Shown here: in pieces, positions 44,359-53,928 of the stretch
How positions within the stretch are numbered: position 1 is the first letter of the stretch
How the letters are laid out: each line of letters starts with the position of its first letter
Source of the DNA: Paludibacteraceae bacterium
GTDB taxonomy: Bacteria > Bacteroidota > Bacteroidia > Bacteroidales > Paludibacteraceae
Length of the DNA: 64,000 bases
Assembly (NCBI GenBank): GCA_045641625.1
Contig: JAZUHH010000027.1
Location: 1,582-65,581, forward strand
Direction of reading: 5' to 3'
Notes under the pieces: generated by a model
Databases searched by the model: none
Told to the model about the DNA's origin: nothing
Seen by the model: only the letters and a program-made list of their open reading frames with translations
Position numbers and translations under genes: made by a program

Positions 44359-45282
44359 TTAAAGTATAAGTGTCATGACACCGGCTACGCTTATAACTGC
44401 TCCTATGATTTCCATCAGAGTTATTCTCTGTTTGAAGATGAAGTATGCGGGAGCCAATATCAGAACAGGGGATATAGACATTATTGTCTGCGCAATTCCC
44501 GTATTGGCCAGACTTACTGCAAGCAATGAAAGGCTGACACCTATCACTGGACCAAAGATACTGCACAACAGGGCGAAAGTCATTCCTTTCCTGTCATGCA
44601 GACCTTGCTTGAAGGAAGCTGTTCCACCCGATGCGACAAGAAGTGCGGCGAACCCCAAGAACCCTATGATTCCGCGAGTGAGAGTGCCGGCAAATGGCAT
44701 CATGTTCAAGACTGCTTCGCTTTCTCCATGAGCGGCTAATTTATAGGCTTCCATTCCCATTTTGCTAAGCACCAGACCTACACCTTGTCCCATTGCGGCG
44801 CCAAGTCCAAGCAAAATGCCCGTTGCAGACAGTTTCAATTCTACCTTCTTGCCATTTGTGCCTTTGTTGAGTACAGAAATTCCGATTCCAATGATAGTGA
44901 TTGTCATACCAAATCCAGCTTTCAAGGGAATGGTCTCGGAAAGCAGCAGGTAACCGGCAACAGCCGCAAATAGTGACGATAAGGTCATTATAAGCTGTCC
45001 GAACCTAGAACCTATGTAAGTGTAGCATTTGTAAAGGCAGTAGTCGCCGATGACGTATCCCACAATTCCTGACAGGCCAAACCACATAACAGTCTGGGTG
45101 TTCATGCTCTGAGGAATCGGTGAACCAGTAAAGATGAAAAGTATTAGGGATAGAAGGATTACCGACAATCCCATGCGCACGACATTTACAACCAAGGTGC
45201 CAAGTCTCTTTGTTGCAATCTCTGCAAATACGGCTGTTGCTGTCCACGATACAGCTACTAAAAGTGCTATCAGTTCTCCCAT
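44359..45282 (-). CDS. DMT-superfamily (EamA-like) transporter
   Basis: About 10 predicted TM helices in two similar halves; 307 aa. Confidence 0.65.
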   Translation of the reverse strand: MGELIALLVAVSWTATAVFAEIATKRLGTLVVNVVRMGLSVILLSLILFIFTGSPIPQSMNTQTVMWFGLSGIVGYVIGDYCLYKCYTYIGSRFGQLIMTLSSLFAAVAGYLLLSETIPLKAGFGMTITIIGIGISVLNKGTNGKKVELKLSATGILLGLGAAMGQGVGLVLSKMGMEAYKLAAHGESEAVLNMMPFAGTLTRGIIGFLGFAALLVASGGTASFKQGLHDRKGMTFALLCSIFGPVIGVSLSLLAVSLANTGIAQTIMSISPVLILAPAYFIFKQRITLMEIIGAVISVAGVMTLIL

Positions 45283-45307
45283 ATATGTTATTCTTCGATA
45301 TGAAGTG

Positions 45308-45315
45308 CAAAATTA
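45308..45315 (-). promoter_or_regulatory. Bacteroidetes -7 promoter box (TAnnTTTG) for the EamA-like gene
   Basis: The reverse complement of caaaatta is taattttg, 26 nt upstream of the start at 45282. Confidence 0.5.
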
Positions 45316-45388
45316 TAGTTTTTTGTTAAAAGTTGTTAAATGTTAAGCAAATACTAGAAAATAATAAATGTAGTTATGTCTTTTTGCT

Positions 45389-45396
45389 TAATTTTG
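45389..45396 (+). promoter_or_regulatory. Bacteroidetes -7 promoter box (TAnnTTTG) for the RCC1-repeat gene
   Basis: taattttg, 22 nt upstream of the ATG at 45418. This supports 45418 over the 45376 start in the track. Confidence 0.5.
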
Positions 45397-45417
45397 CTGA
45401 AAAATAAATACAATATT

Positions 45418-47844
45418 ATGGTAAAGTTAAAACAATTATTCTTGTCGGCTCTGTTGTTGCCGACTTTGGCACAGGCCAAGCTTCCTTATATTTCGGGTAG
45501 CAATAATGCAGGTGTTGCTCTTTGCAAGGACGGAAATGTTTATTCTTGGGGTAGTGATACAACAGCGTTGGGAAACACAGGCATCTTGAATTTGGATAAG
45601 ACTGCTCCGGATTTTGTAGAACAAAGTTTCTATAGCAAGCCTCAACTTGTTGCTACTGGCGACGTTAAGTTCAAGAAGGTGGTTGCTGGTTCAGGAGCCA
45701 TGTTCTATGGTGTGACAGAGAGTGGGGAGCTGTACCGTTGGGGTGTTCTGAATGAGGAGACAATACCATTCTCGCAGGTAATGAAGGATGGGAAGCCACT
45801 TGTTGATGTCAAGGCTGTGGCTTCCGACACTAATGGCTTCACAGCCCTTATGAATGACGGGCATGCAGTCTATTCCTATTGGACAACAAACGAACATAAA
45901 GAAAAGATAGAGGTAATCAAGGATGTAGTCTTGGAAAGCGGCGAACTGCTTGAAAACATTGTTGAAGTCTCGGCTTCTGACTTTGGCTTCTATTATGTGA
46001 CAGCTGACGGCTCTGCATACGGTAACGGTACATGGAACGGAAACAATTCGACCAGCTATATGGAATTGACCGATTATGTATTGCCGGTATTGGATGCTGA
46101 CAAAAATCCATTAAAGAATGTCAAGTTTGTAGAGGGAGGAAACGTTATGGCATTCGCCTTGATGCAGGACGGAAGCCTTTATTCTTGGGGTAACGGAGGC
46201 TGGTGCCAATGCACAGGCCAGGGTGTCAGCAAGACTACCAAGAATGCCGAAAGGGTTGTTGCAGGCGAGTACAGTACAATCAGCGGAAATGTATATCTGA
46301 CAAATGTTATGCAGGTTTCAGCAGGTCGTGCCTTCACATTGTGCGTTACTACTGATGGCCATGCCCTTTACTGGGGATGTAATGAGGGTAATGGTGGTTC
46401 TGCTCCTTTCGAGGGTGAAAGAGCCGGCTATACGCCAGTGCTTTTGAAATATGCTGACGGAACAGTTGTCGAGGATGCAGTTGCAGTCTCTACAGGCGAC
46501 AACTTCGGCTTCCTTATCAACAAGAAGGGCGAGGTTTATTCATTCGGCCTTAACAATTCCGGACAGTGCGGTGTAGGTTCTGACAAGGAGGAGGTGAAAA
46601 GCCTTGTCAAGATGGATTTGCCATGCGACCTTCCTGAATATGTGAATGTGTCGTTTAATTCCGATACTCTAAGATTGTGTGATGGTGATGCAATTAAACT
46701 TGATCTTTTGTCATCAGGTTCTGCATACAGGTTAGAGTGGAAGTATAATGGATCTGTAGTCTCTGATGATGTAAAGGGTGATGTTTGTCCATACTATGGC
46801 GATGGTATCTATGAGGTTAATGCATGGACAGAGTTTGGATATAAGACTTCTGACGTTGTTTATGTTGAGGCTGTCAAGCCTGCTGTTGAGGTTTCTGCTG
46901 TGAAAAATATCGTGATTAAGGATAGAGAGAGCGGATGTAAATTATGCTTTGAGGTTTCTGTTCCTGATAAGTCTGATGTTTACTTCTATTCTGATGCAGA
47001 GTGCAAGACATTAGTAGATTCTATGCTTGGTGTAGAAGGTAAGGTAGGACTTTGTGTTCCTTATGACAAGGTTGATGTTTCTGACGGAGAAGCTACAATA
47101 TGGGCAGTTAAGAAAAATAACTACGCAATAAGTTTTGATGATTTAAAGGATGAAAGAGGAGTATATTTAGACGAGGCATTAGTTATTAGAGTAGATGAGG
47201 AAATGACTCTTACCTCTTTTGATTTAAGCTTAAAATCTATATATGGAGAGATTGGTGTAACTGTTACTCCGCAGATTTATTCGTCCAAACTTGATAATAC
47301 TGGTAGAGACCCTTACCGAGTTAAAGATAGATTGTTGTGGGTAGGAAATGAGCAGAAGCTCGTAGTTTCAGACGCGAAAAGCAATCGTACTGTAGATTGT
47401 GGCGTTAACTTACTTCCTGGTTATTATGTGTTGTCTATGAACTTTGGTAAGGAAGTTTTTGAAATTTTTAAATATCCTGTAACAACAAAGCAATACAGTG
47501 CAGATTTAGAAAGTCCTATAGGAAGTGCTGACTTTGGTGCCTGGATTACAGGTTCTCTAAGTTTGGATTCTTATCCTTCGGATAAAAACTGTTTCTATAA
47601 TGTAGCATTCACTAAGGAACAAAATGCTAGATGCGGTGCAGTTCCTGTAACTTCAGAAATTGAGTATGAAGTTCCACAGAATCTTGAGGTTGTGACTGCA
47701 GAGGACAATGATGGCATCGTGGATGTCTATTCGGTTTCAGGCGTTCTGTTGCGTAAGTCCGTAGAGTTTGAAAATGCCCTTGATGGTTTGCCTGCAGGAG
47801 TCTATATGATTGGAAATAAAAAAGTTGTAAAGACTAAAAACTAA
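45418..47844 (+). CDS. RCC1-repeat beta-propeller protein with C-terminal T9SS sorting domain
   Basis: Signal peptide MVKLKQLFLSALLLPTLAQA. Repeated GxVYSWG / LYxWG / VYSFGLNNSGQCG motifs. C-terminus VDVYSVSGVLLRK..LPAGVYMIGNKKVVKTKN. Confidence 0.7.
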   Translation: MVKLKQLFLSALLLPTLAQAKLPYISGSNNAGVALCKDGNVYSWGSDTTALGNTGILNLDKTAPDFVEQSFYSKPQLVATGDVKFKKVVAGSGAMFYGVTESGELYRWGVLNEETIPFSQVMKDGKPLVDVKAVASDTNGFTALMNDGHAVYSYWTTNEHKEKIEVIKDVVLESGELLENIVEVSASDFGFYYVTADGSAYGNGTWNGNNSTSYMELTDYVLPVLDADKNPLKNVKFVEGGNVMAFALMQDGSLYSWGNGGWCQCTGQGVSKTTKNAERVVAGEYSTISGNVYLTNVMQVSAGRAFTLCVTTDGHALYWGCNEGNGGSAPFEGERAGYTPVLLKYADGTVVEDAVAVSTGDNFGFLINKKGEVYSFGLNNSGQCGVGSDKEEVKSLVKMDLPCDLPEYVNVSFNSDTLRLCDGDAIKLDLLSSGSAYRLEWKYNGSVVSDDVKGDVCPYYGDGIYEVNAWTEFGYKTSDVVYVEAVKPAVEVSAVKNIVIKDRESGCKLCFEVSVPDKSDVYFYSDAECKTLVDSMLGVEGKVGLCVPYDKVDVSDGEATIWAVKKNNYAISFDDLKDERGVYLDEALVIRVDEEMTLTSFDLSLKSIYGEIGVTVTPQIYSSKLDNTGRDPYRVKDRLLWVGNEQKLVVSDAKSNRTVDCGVNLLPGYYVLSMNFGKEVFEIFKYPVTTKQYSADLESPIGSADFGAWITGSLSLDSYPSDKNCFYNVAFTKEQNARCGAVPVTSEIEYEVPQNLEVVTAEDNDGIVDVYSVSGVLLRKSVEFENALDGLPAGVYMIGNKKVVKTKN

Positions 47845-47906
47845 CACTCAATCGGAAACTTTTGAAATATAGGTTTCCATAATAATAGATTATAAAGCTA
47901 ATAAAA

Positions 47907-47944
47907 GGAAGCGCGGTTAGAGATAATCGCGCTTCTTTTGTTTG
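47907..47944 (+). terminator. Rho-independent terminator of the RCC1-repeat gene
   Basis: gaagcgcg-(12-nt loop)-cgcgcttc followed by ttttgtttg. Confidence 0.65.
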
Positions 47945-48277
47945 AATGTGTAAAAAGGGTGGCTTTTGAAAGGTTGCATTCAATGCTACATGGTCTTTGT
48001 TGTGGCATGGGAATGCGTCAGTTGCAAGTAGTTTGTCCTTGACCAAGGAATCTTTATTTGTCTGTTGTTCGCCTATTCAGATTATGAAGGGAAAGAGAAG
48101 ATGCTTTTTCTGTTCCTTTAGTTCCTTTATGCTTCTTAAGTTTTGCTAACCTTTCGGAATTTATCTTTGATTAAAATTGTCTCGATTTATGCAACGTCTG
48201 TAGAAGCCATAGAACAGCCAATTCTCTTTTTTCTAAAAAGAAATCCCGACAATGAATGATTTTAGACAATAAATTAC

Positions 48278-48285
48278 TAACTTTG
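48278..48285 (+). promoter_or_regulatory. Bacteroidetes -7 promoter box (TAnnTTTG), extended TAACTTTGCCCCGA
   Basis: taactttg upstream of the polyprenyl synthase gene. Confidence 0.45.
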
Positions 48286-48401
48286 CCCCGATTACGCATC
48301 TGCGATTTTTCAATTGCCCGGAATGCAGTTCCCAGGCGATGTTAACATTAGAAATCGACGTGCTTTGCGAGTCAGAAGATACATATAATAAAATTGGTTG
48401 T

Positions 48402-49373
48402 ATGGAAGTCAAGGAAATAATGTCATTTGTAGAGGAGAATCTGCAGGCACTATATAAGAACCGTGAGCCCAAGGGCCTTTACGAGCCTATAGGCTATGTG
48501 CTGAGTGTAGGAGGAAAGAGAATCCGCCCTATGTTTGTGTTGCTTTCAAACCAGATGTTCGGAGGTGACAGGAATGCGGCGCTTCGCCCTGCTATGGGAA
48601 TCGAAGTGTTCCACAATTTCACACTTGTGCATGATGACATTATGGACAAGGCCGACAAGCGCCGCGGACGTGACACTGTTCACGTGAAGTGGAACGAGAA
48701 TACAGCCATCCTGTCGGGAGATGCAATGTTGAGCGAGGCCTATGAACTGATGTGCAGTGCTAAGCCGGAGCTGTTGCCTTCTCTTCTTGCATTGTTCAAC
48801 AAGACAGTCAGAGAGGTCTATGAGGGACAGCAGTATGATATGGACTTCGAGAACCGCACGGATGTGACTACTGCAGAATACATGTCCATGATCAGACTAA
48901 AGACTGCCGTGCTTTTGGCAGGAGCGTTGAAGGTCGGAGCAATTCTTGCCGGTGCTTCGGACAAGGATGCGGACTTGATATACGAATATGGAATAGGCAT
49001 AGGTCTTGCTTTCCAGATCAAGGATGACCTTCTTGATGTTTACGGAGACACTGCAAAATTCGGAAAGAACATCGGAGGTGACATTCTTTGCAACAAAAAG
49101 ACCTATCTTCTCACTACTGCGCTTTCTACCGCAGATGCGGAGACCAAGGCGGAACTCCTTAAATGGATAAATGCCGAGAATCCAAATCCGGCAGAGAAGA
49201 TCAAGGCTGTGACAGACATCTTCACAAAGCTTGGCATTGACAAGGTTGCAGAGAGCGAGATGAAGAGACAGTACGACTATGCGCTAAAGGCTCTGTCGGA
49301 CATTTCGGTTAACGCTCCAGAGAAGCAGACATTCGCGGATATAGCCAGAGACTTGCTTTACAGGGAGGACTAG
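48402..49373 (+). CDS. Polyprenyl (trans-isoprenyl) diphosphate synthase
   Basis: FARM LVHDDIMDKADKRRG and SARM FQIKDDLLD. The start is uncertain (ATG at 48402 or 48420). Confidence 0.8.
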   Translation: MEVKEIMSFVEENLQALYKNREPKGLYEPIGYVLSVGGKRIRPMFVLLSNQMFGGDRNAALRPAMGIEVFHNFTLVHDDIMDKADKRRGRDTVHVKWNENTAILSGDAMLSEAYELMCSAKPELLPSLLALFNKTVREVYEGQQYDMDFENRTDVTTAEYMSMIRLKTAVLLAGALKVGAILAGASDKDADLIYEYGIGIGLAFQIKDDLLDVYGDTAKFGKNIGGDILCNKKTYLLTTALSTADAETKAELLKWINAENPNPAEKIKAVTDIFTKLGIDKVAESEMKRQYDYALKALSDISVNAPEKQTFADIARDLLYRED

Positions 49374-49375
49374 AG

Positions 49376-50125
49376 ATGCCATACAGAAGACTACCGAACA
49401 CAAACCAGGCGAGACTGCGAACAATGCGTGTCATCGTGGACAAGGCTTCCACTGTGGCTGACATCAACAGCCTGCCCTATTCGCTCCGCTCGCTCGAAGA
49501 GGCAAGGGCAATGCTTGTCAAGTACGACAAGGTGGTGAACGAATACCAGGCATGCTCGAACATTCAGGCCAAGGCAAACAAGAAATATCAGCAGGAGCTG
49601 AAGATGGCCAGACTCTATGTCTCGCACTTCATACAGGTTGTGAACATGTGTGTGCTGAGAGGCGAAATAAAGAAGGAGTACAAGGAGCTTTATAAGCTCG
49701 CCCCAGACAGCACGATGGTGCCTGACCTTTCGTCAGAGGACAAGCTGGAGGAATGGGGAATTAACGTCATCGAAGGCGAGCAGAAAAGGCAGCTGAAAGG
49801 TGGCACACCAATATACAACCCCTCGATAGCAAAGGTAAAGGTGTTCTTCGAAATATTCGTGGAGTCGCACCGTAGCCAGAAGATTCTGCAGGCAAACACC
49901 AACAGAAAGATGGAGGAGGTGATAGCTCTTAACGAGGCTGTTGACAAGATTATACTGGATGCCTGGGACGAGATAGAGAAGACCTTCGAGGACCTGCAGG
50001 GGGAGGAGAAGGTAGCAAAGTGCCAGGAATACGGAATAATATACTATTACAGACGCGCCGAAAAGCGAAAAATGGCGCAGAGGGAAGCAATGGAGGCAGA
50101 AAATGACCAGATGGAGAACTTTTGA
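49376..50125 (+). CDS. Hypothetical protein (249 aa)
   Basis: ATG ORF 2 nt after the polyprenyl synthase stop, with native composition. I recognise no motif. Confidence 0.55.
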   Translation: MPYRRLPNTNQARLRTMRVIVDKASTVADINSLPYSLRSLEEARAMLVKYDKVVNEYQACSNIQAKANKKYQQELKMARLYVSHFIQVVNMCVLRGEIKKEYKELYKLAPDSTMVPDLSSEDKLEEWGINVIEGEQKRQLKGGTPIYNPSIAKVKVFFEIFVESHRSQKILQANTNRKMEEVIALNEAVDKIILDAWDEIEKTFEDLQGEEKVAKCQEYGIIYYYRRAEKRKMAQREAMEAENDQMENF

Positions 50126-50176
50126 TGAAAAGCCTTCTTCCCGACAACAAAAATTGACTGAATATCAGAAAAGAAT

Positions 50177-52003
50177 ATGACAACAATTGAAAAATCGACT
50201 TTTGAAATGATAGCCAAGACTTTTCAAGGTCTTGAAGGAGTATTGGCTAAGGAGTTGGTGGCACTTGGAGCTGAAGATGTTACCGAAATACGCAGAGGAG
50301 TAAGTTTCAGGGGCGACAAAGAGATGCTTTATCGCGCAAACTTTTTCCTTCGCACAGCTCTTCGTGTGCTTGTCCCTATTGACACTTTCGAGGCAGAGAG
50401 TGCTGATGAAGTGTACGAGATTATCAAGAATTTCGAGTGGGAGAAATACATCGATGTCAACAAGACTTTCGCTATCGACGCCACAGTCTTTTCTGATTTG
50501 TTCAAGCACTCGCAGTTCCTTCAGTACCGTGTCAAGGACGGTATAGCCGACCACTTCATGGAGAAGTACGGACAGCGTCCAAGCGTAAGGCTTACAAATC
50601 CTGACCTTAACATCAACATCCATGTGGCTGACAAGACTTGCACAGTTTCTCTTGACGCTTCGGGCGAGTCGCTTCACAAGCGCGGCTATCGTGAGGCGCA
50701 GACAGAAGCCCCTATAAACGAGGTGCTTGCTGCTGGAATGCTGCTTATGGCCGGATGGGACGGACAGAAGGATTTCATCGACCCTATGTGCGGTTCGGGA
50801 ACTTTCCTTTGCGAGGCGGCAATGATCGCCCTTGGAATTGCGCCAGGTCTTTACAGAAAGAGCTTTGCATTCCAGAAGTGGAATGACTATGACGAGGAGC
50901 TTTTCTTTGCAATATATGATGATGACAGCAAGGAGAGGGAGTTCGAGCACAAGATCTATGGTTCGGACATTCTTCGCAAGAGCATTGAGATAAGCGAGGC
51001 TAATGTCAAGAGCGCAGGTGTTGCAAGCTGCGTAGTCTTGAGCTGCTGCCCGTTCCAGGACTTGAAGATTCCTCAGTCCGATGCAATGATAATGTTCAAC
51101 CCTCCATACGGTGCAAGAATCGGTGGTGATGAACTTCCTAAGCTTTATGAGGAGATCGGTATGAAGTTGAAGCAGGAGTGTCAGGGCAAGGACGTTTGGA
51201 TTATCACAGTTCCTAACGAGGTTACCAGCAATATCAGATTGAAACCTTCGTTCAAGTTGCCGCTAAAGAATGGCGATATCGACTGCGAACTTAGAAGATA
51301 CGAGTTGTTCTCTGGCCGCATGCTCGAGCACAAGATGAGCAAGGTAGAGAATTCTGAGGACGACTCTGCCGAGTCCTTCTCGAATGAAGCAGGAGAGTCT
51401 CATCGTTTCAAGAGAGACAGAGATTTCCGTGAGGGAGGAATGGCTAGCCGTCAGCGTCCAAGAAGAGAGGCTGGAGAGAGAGGAAGATACTCAAAGGATG
51501 GAGAAAAGCCACGTCGCTCTTTCCGCTCGGAAAATGGAGAAGAGGAGAACGGAGAAAGAAGAATAGATTCTAAGTACACTCGCATCGACCGTCGAAGCAA
51601 GAGTCGTCGTGAATCGTCCGACAGAGATTACAGAAGCGAGAGGCGTGATGACTACAGAAGCGAGAGACGTGATGATCGCAGAGACAGAGGATATAATCGA
51701 GAGGAGAGAGGAGAGAAGAAAGAGGCATACGGAACTCTTGGTGAAAGACCTCGTTTCCCTCGCAGATATGTGACTGAGGATGGTACTGACTTGAAGGAGA
51801 TCGACAGATACGAATATTTGAAGCGCAGATTCGCTGAGAAGCCTGTCAGAGAGCCTCGTGAAAGAAAGCCTCGCAGAGATCATGAGGAGCGTCCTCTAGG
51901 TGAGAGAATGAGAACTCGCCATCACTCCAAAGAAGACAGATTCAAAGGCACAAAGGGTAACTTCCGCCACGGAAACCATGACTTTGAGGATGACGGAGAG
52001 TAA
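50177..52003 (+). CDS. THUMP-domain class I SAM-dependent RNA methyltransferase (RlmL/K-like) with about 220-aa Arg/Glu/Asp-rich C-terminal tail
   Basis: Motif I DPMCGSGTF and motif IV FNPPYGARIG. The tail contains DYRSERRDDYRSERRDDRRDRGYNREERGEKKE. Confidence 0.75.
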   Translation: MTTIEKSTFEMIAKTFQGLEGVLAKELVALGAEDVTEIRRGVSFRGDKEMLYRANFFLRTALRVLVPIDTFEAESADEVYEIIKNFEWEKYIDVNKTFAIDATVFSDLFKHSQFLQYRVKDGIADHFMEKYGQRPSVRLTNPDLNINIHVADKTCTVSLDASGESLHKRGYREAQTEAPINEVLAAGMLLMAGWDGQKDFIDPMCGSGTFLCEAAMIALGIAPGLYRKSFAFQKWNDYDEELFFAIYDDDSKEREFEHKIYGSDILRKSIEISEANVKSAGVASCVVLSCCPFQDLKIPQSDAMIMFNPPYGARIGGDELPKLYEEIGMKLKQECQGKDVWIITVPNEVTSNIRLKPSFKLPLKNGDIDCELRRYELFSGRMLEHKMSKVENSEDDSAESFSNEAGESHRFKRDRDFREGGMASRQRPRREAGERGRYSKDGEKPRRSFRSENGEEENGERRIDSKYTRIDRRSKSRRESSDRDYRSERRDDYRSERRDDRRDRGYNREERGEKKEAYGTLGERPRFPRRYVTEDGTDLKEIDRYEYLKRRFAEKPVREPRERKPRRDHEERPLGERMRTRHHSKEDRFKGTKGNFRHGNHDFEDDGE

Positions 52004-52032
52004 CGAATAAAATCTTAATACCTTATCAAAGA

Positions 52033-53925
52033 ATGAGAAAAAGAATATCTATAACACTATTACTGGCAGCGATGATGTCGTTGCTATGTACTGCTTTTTC
52101 TCAAAACTTTGACAAGGAGAAGTTCTTTGACAGGGAAAGCTGGCAGAGCAAGGGCGACATTCCTGCCCGATATAATGACGGCATCTATTTCGATGATTTG
52201 GATTTCGAGAACGATACCTTCGAGATATTTTCCAACTTTGATTTGAAGGAGGATGGTTTCTATAACATTACACTTTTCGGCCACAAGGACGACTTGATGA
52301 GTACCGGAGTGGTGTATGCCAAGGGAACTGACTATTCGGAATGCTCGGCTGCTGTGCCTCATCTGCCATATTCCAACAGAAACTATAACATCTACCTTCG
52401 TGGTGTAGGAACTAAGGATGGAAAGATCACTATAGGTTTCAAGGGAATAGGCGGCAAGGGTATCTTCGTTAACGACATAAAGGTCGAGAGGGCTAAAGGT
52501 CCTTACGAACTGTTGCAGGGTGGAGACATAACAATGCTTCACTATGTGCTTGACAATGGTGGAGACTATAAGGACGAGTTCGGCAATCTTCTTTACAGAC
52601 CTTCGGACACTCGACACGCAAAGTCAATGGCTGTGCTGAAGTATCTTGCTTCACGAGGATTCAATGTTGTCAGAATAAGGGAGAGTGTGAACCCCGGAAG
52701 AAAAAGCACGAGCGCAGACGGAAAGTATTACCTTCCCGACGGATATCAGGACAGGGCTGACTGTCACGAACTTGCGCAAGAGGCCAAGGAAGCCGGACTG
52801 AAGATACAATATACCCTTAACCTTTCCGACTATTGGAGTAACGGAGAGTCGCAGATTGTACCTAAGGCTTGGCAGGAAAACTTGAAGTCATACTATAGCT
52901 TTGACGAAAAGGTTGACGCGTTGAGGCTGATTGTCAGGGACTATGTGACATCTACTCTTTCGGAACTAAAGGGCAAGGGTGTGGTTCCTGAATATGTGTC
53001 TGTTGGTAACGAGACAAACGGAGGATTCCTTTATCCGTATGCCTATTCCTACGACATAGAGTCTTCGTTCGCTAGTGCGGAAAGACCAGTTGGCAAGGCG
53101 CATCCCGAGAATATCGCATTGTTCGTGAACGCTGCATACGACGCTATCAAGAGGGTGAATCCAGACACAAAGGTAATGGTTCATATCGCAGACAATACAA
53201 GTGATGTTACAAAGTGGGGCAGTCCAACTACCTGCAAATGGTACTTTGACCTGCTTTTGAAATACGGAACAAAGTTTGATGTCATAGGCTTGTCATACTA
53301 TCCGTCTTGGAGCGAGGCTACTTGCAGAGAGTTCGGTGAGTTTGCAAAGCAGGTGATTGACCTTTATGGCAAGGATATCTTCATCATGGAGAGCGGCTAC
53401 AACTTTACACCCAAGAGAGTTGACGGCTATGATGGCCAGTTGAGCAACAATGCTCCTTTGTATGCACAATACTATACTTTCGAGTCCTATGGACAGAAGG
53501 CTTTCGTTACTGAGCTTCTGAACACTTGTAAGGGTGTCGGCTTGAGTACGGATAGAGGAGAGGTTGTTGGTTCCTTGTACTGGGACCCTTTGATGATCCA
53601 TGTCGAGGACAATAACGGAAGTAATGTTACAGGTTGGGCTCACTTCACATCAACCGGCAAGGCAGATGTAAACGTGGTCGAGAACACGTCCTTGTTCGAC
53701 TTTGACGGAGCTGCTCTTGAGGCTCTTGAGGCGTATGAAGCCAACCGTTATTCAGTATATTCTCCTGCCCCTAAGGAGGAGACCAATACAGCCAAGTTGG
53801 TATGCGTGAAGGCTGCGAACATAGATTGGGACAAGGCTGAAGTGTACAGTTTGTGCGGAAAGTTAGTAAAAGAGTTTGTTAAAGGCGAAATCTATATCAT
53901 AGACGGAATAAAGTATAGATACTAA
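52033..53925 (+). CDS. GH53 arabinogalactan endo-beta-1,4-galactanase with N-terminal accessory domain
   Basis: Motifs GGDITML, GFNVVRIR, LSDYWSNGESQIVPKAW, VSVGNETNGG and FIMESGYN match the GH53 catalytic pattern. A signal peptide is present. Confidence 0.75.
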   Translation: MRKRISITLLLAAMMSLLCTAFSQNFDKEKFFDRESWQSKGDIPARYNDGIYFDDLDFENDTFEIFSNFDLKEDGFYNITLFGHKDDLMSTGVVYAKGTDYSECSAAVPHLPYSNRNYNIYLRGVGTKDGKITIGFKGIGGKGIFVNDIKVERAKGPYELLQGGDITMLHYVLDNGGDYKDEFGNLLYRPSDTRHAKSMAVLKYLASRGFNVVRIRESVNPGRKSTSADGKYYLPDGYQDRADCHELAQEAKEAGLKIQYTLNLSDYWSNGESQIVPKAWQENLKSYYSFDEKVDALRLIVRDYVTSTLSELKGKGVVPEYVSVGNETNGGFLYPYAYSYDIESSFASAERPVGKAHPENIALFVNAAYDAIKRVNPDTKVMVHIADNTSDVTKWGSPTTCKWYFDLLLKYGTKFDVIGLSYYPSWSEATCREFGEFAKQVIDLYGKDIFIMESGYNFTPKRVDGYDGQLSNNAPLYAQYYTFESYGQKAFVTELLNTCKGVGLSTDRGEVVGSLYWDPLMIHVEDNNGSNVTGWAHFTSTGKADVNVVENTSLFDFDGAALEALEAYEANRYSVYSPAPKEETNTAKLVCVKAANIDWDKAEVYSLCGKLVKEFVKGEIYIIDGIKYRY

Positions 53926-53928
53926 ATT

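Noticed and set aside
50165-50950. 261-aa minus-strand ORF.
   Set aside because: It is antisense to the THUMP methyltransferase CDS (motifs I and IV present on the plus strand), so it is a shadow ORF.
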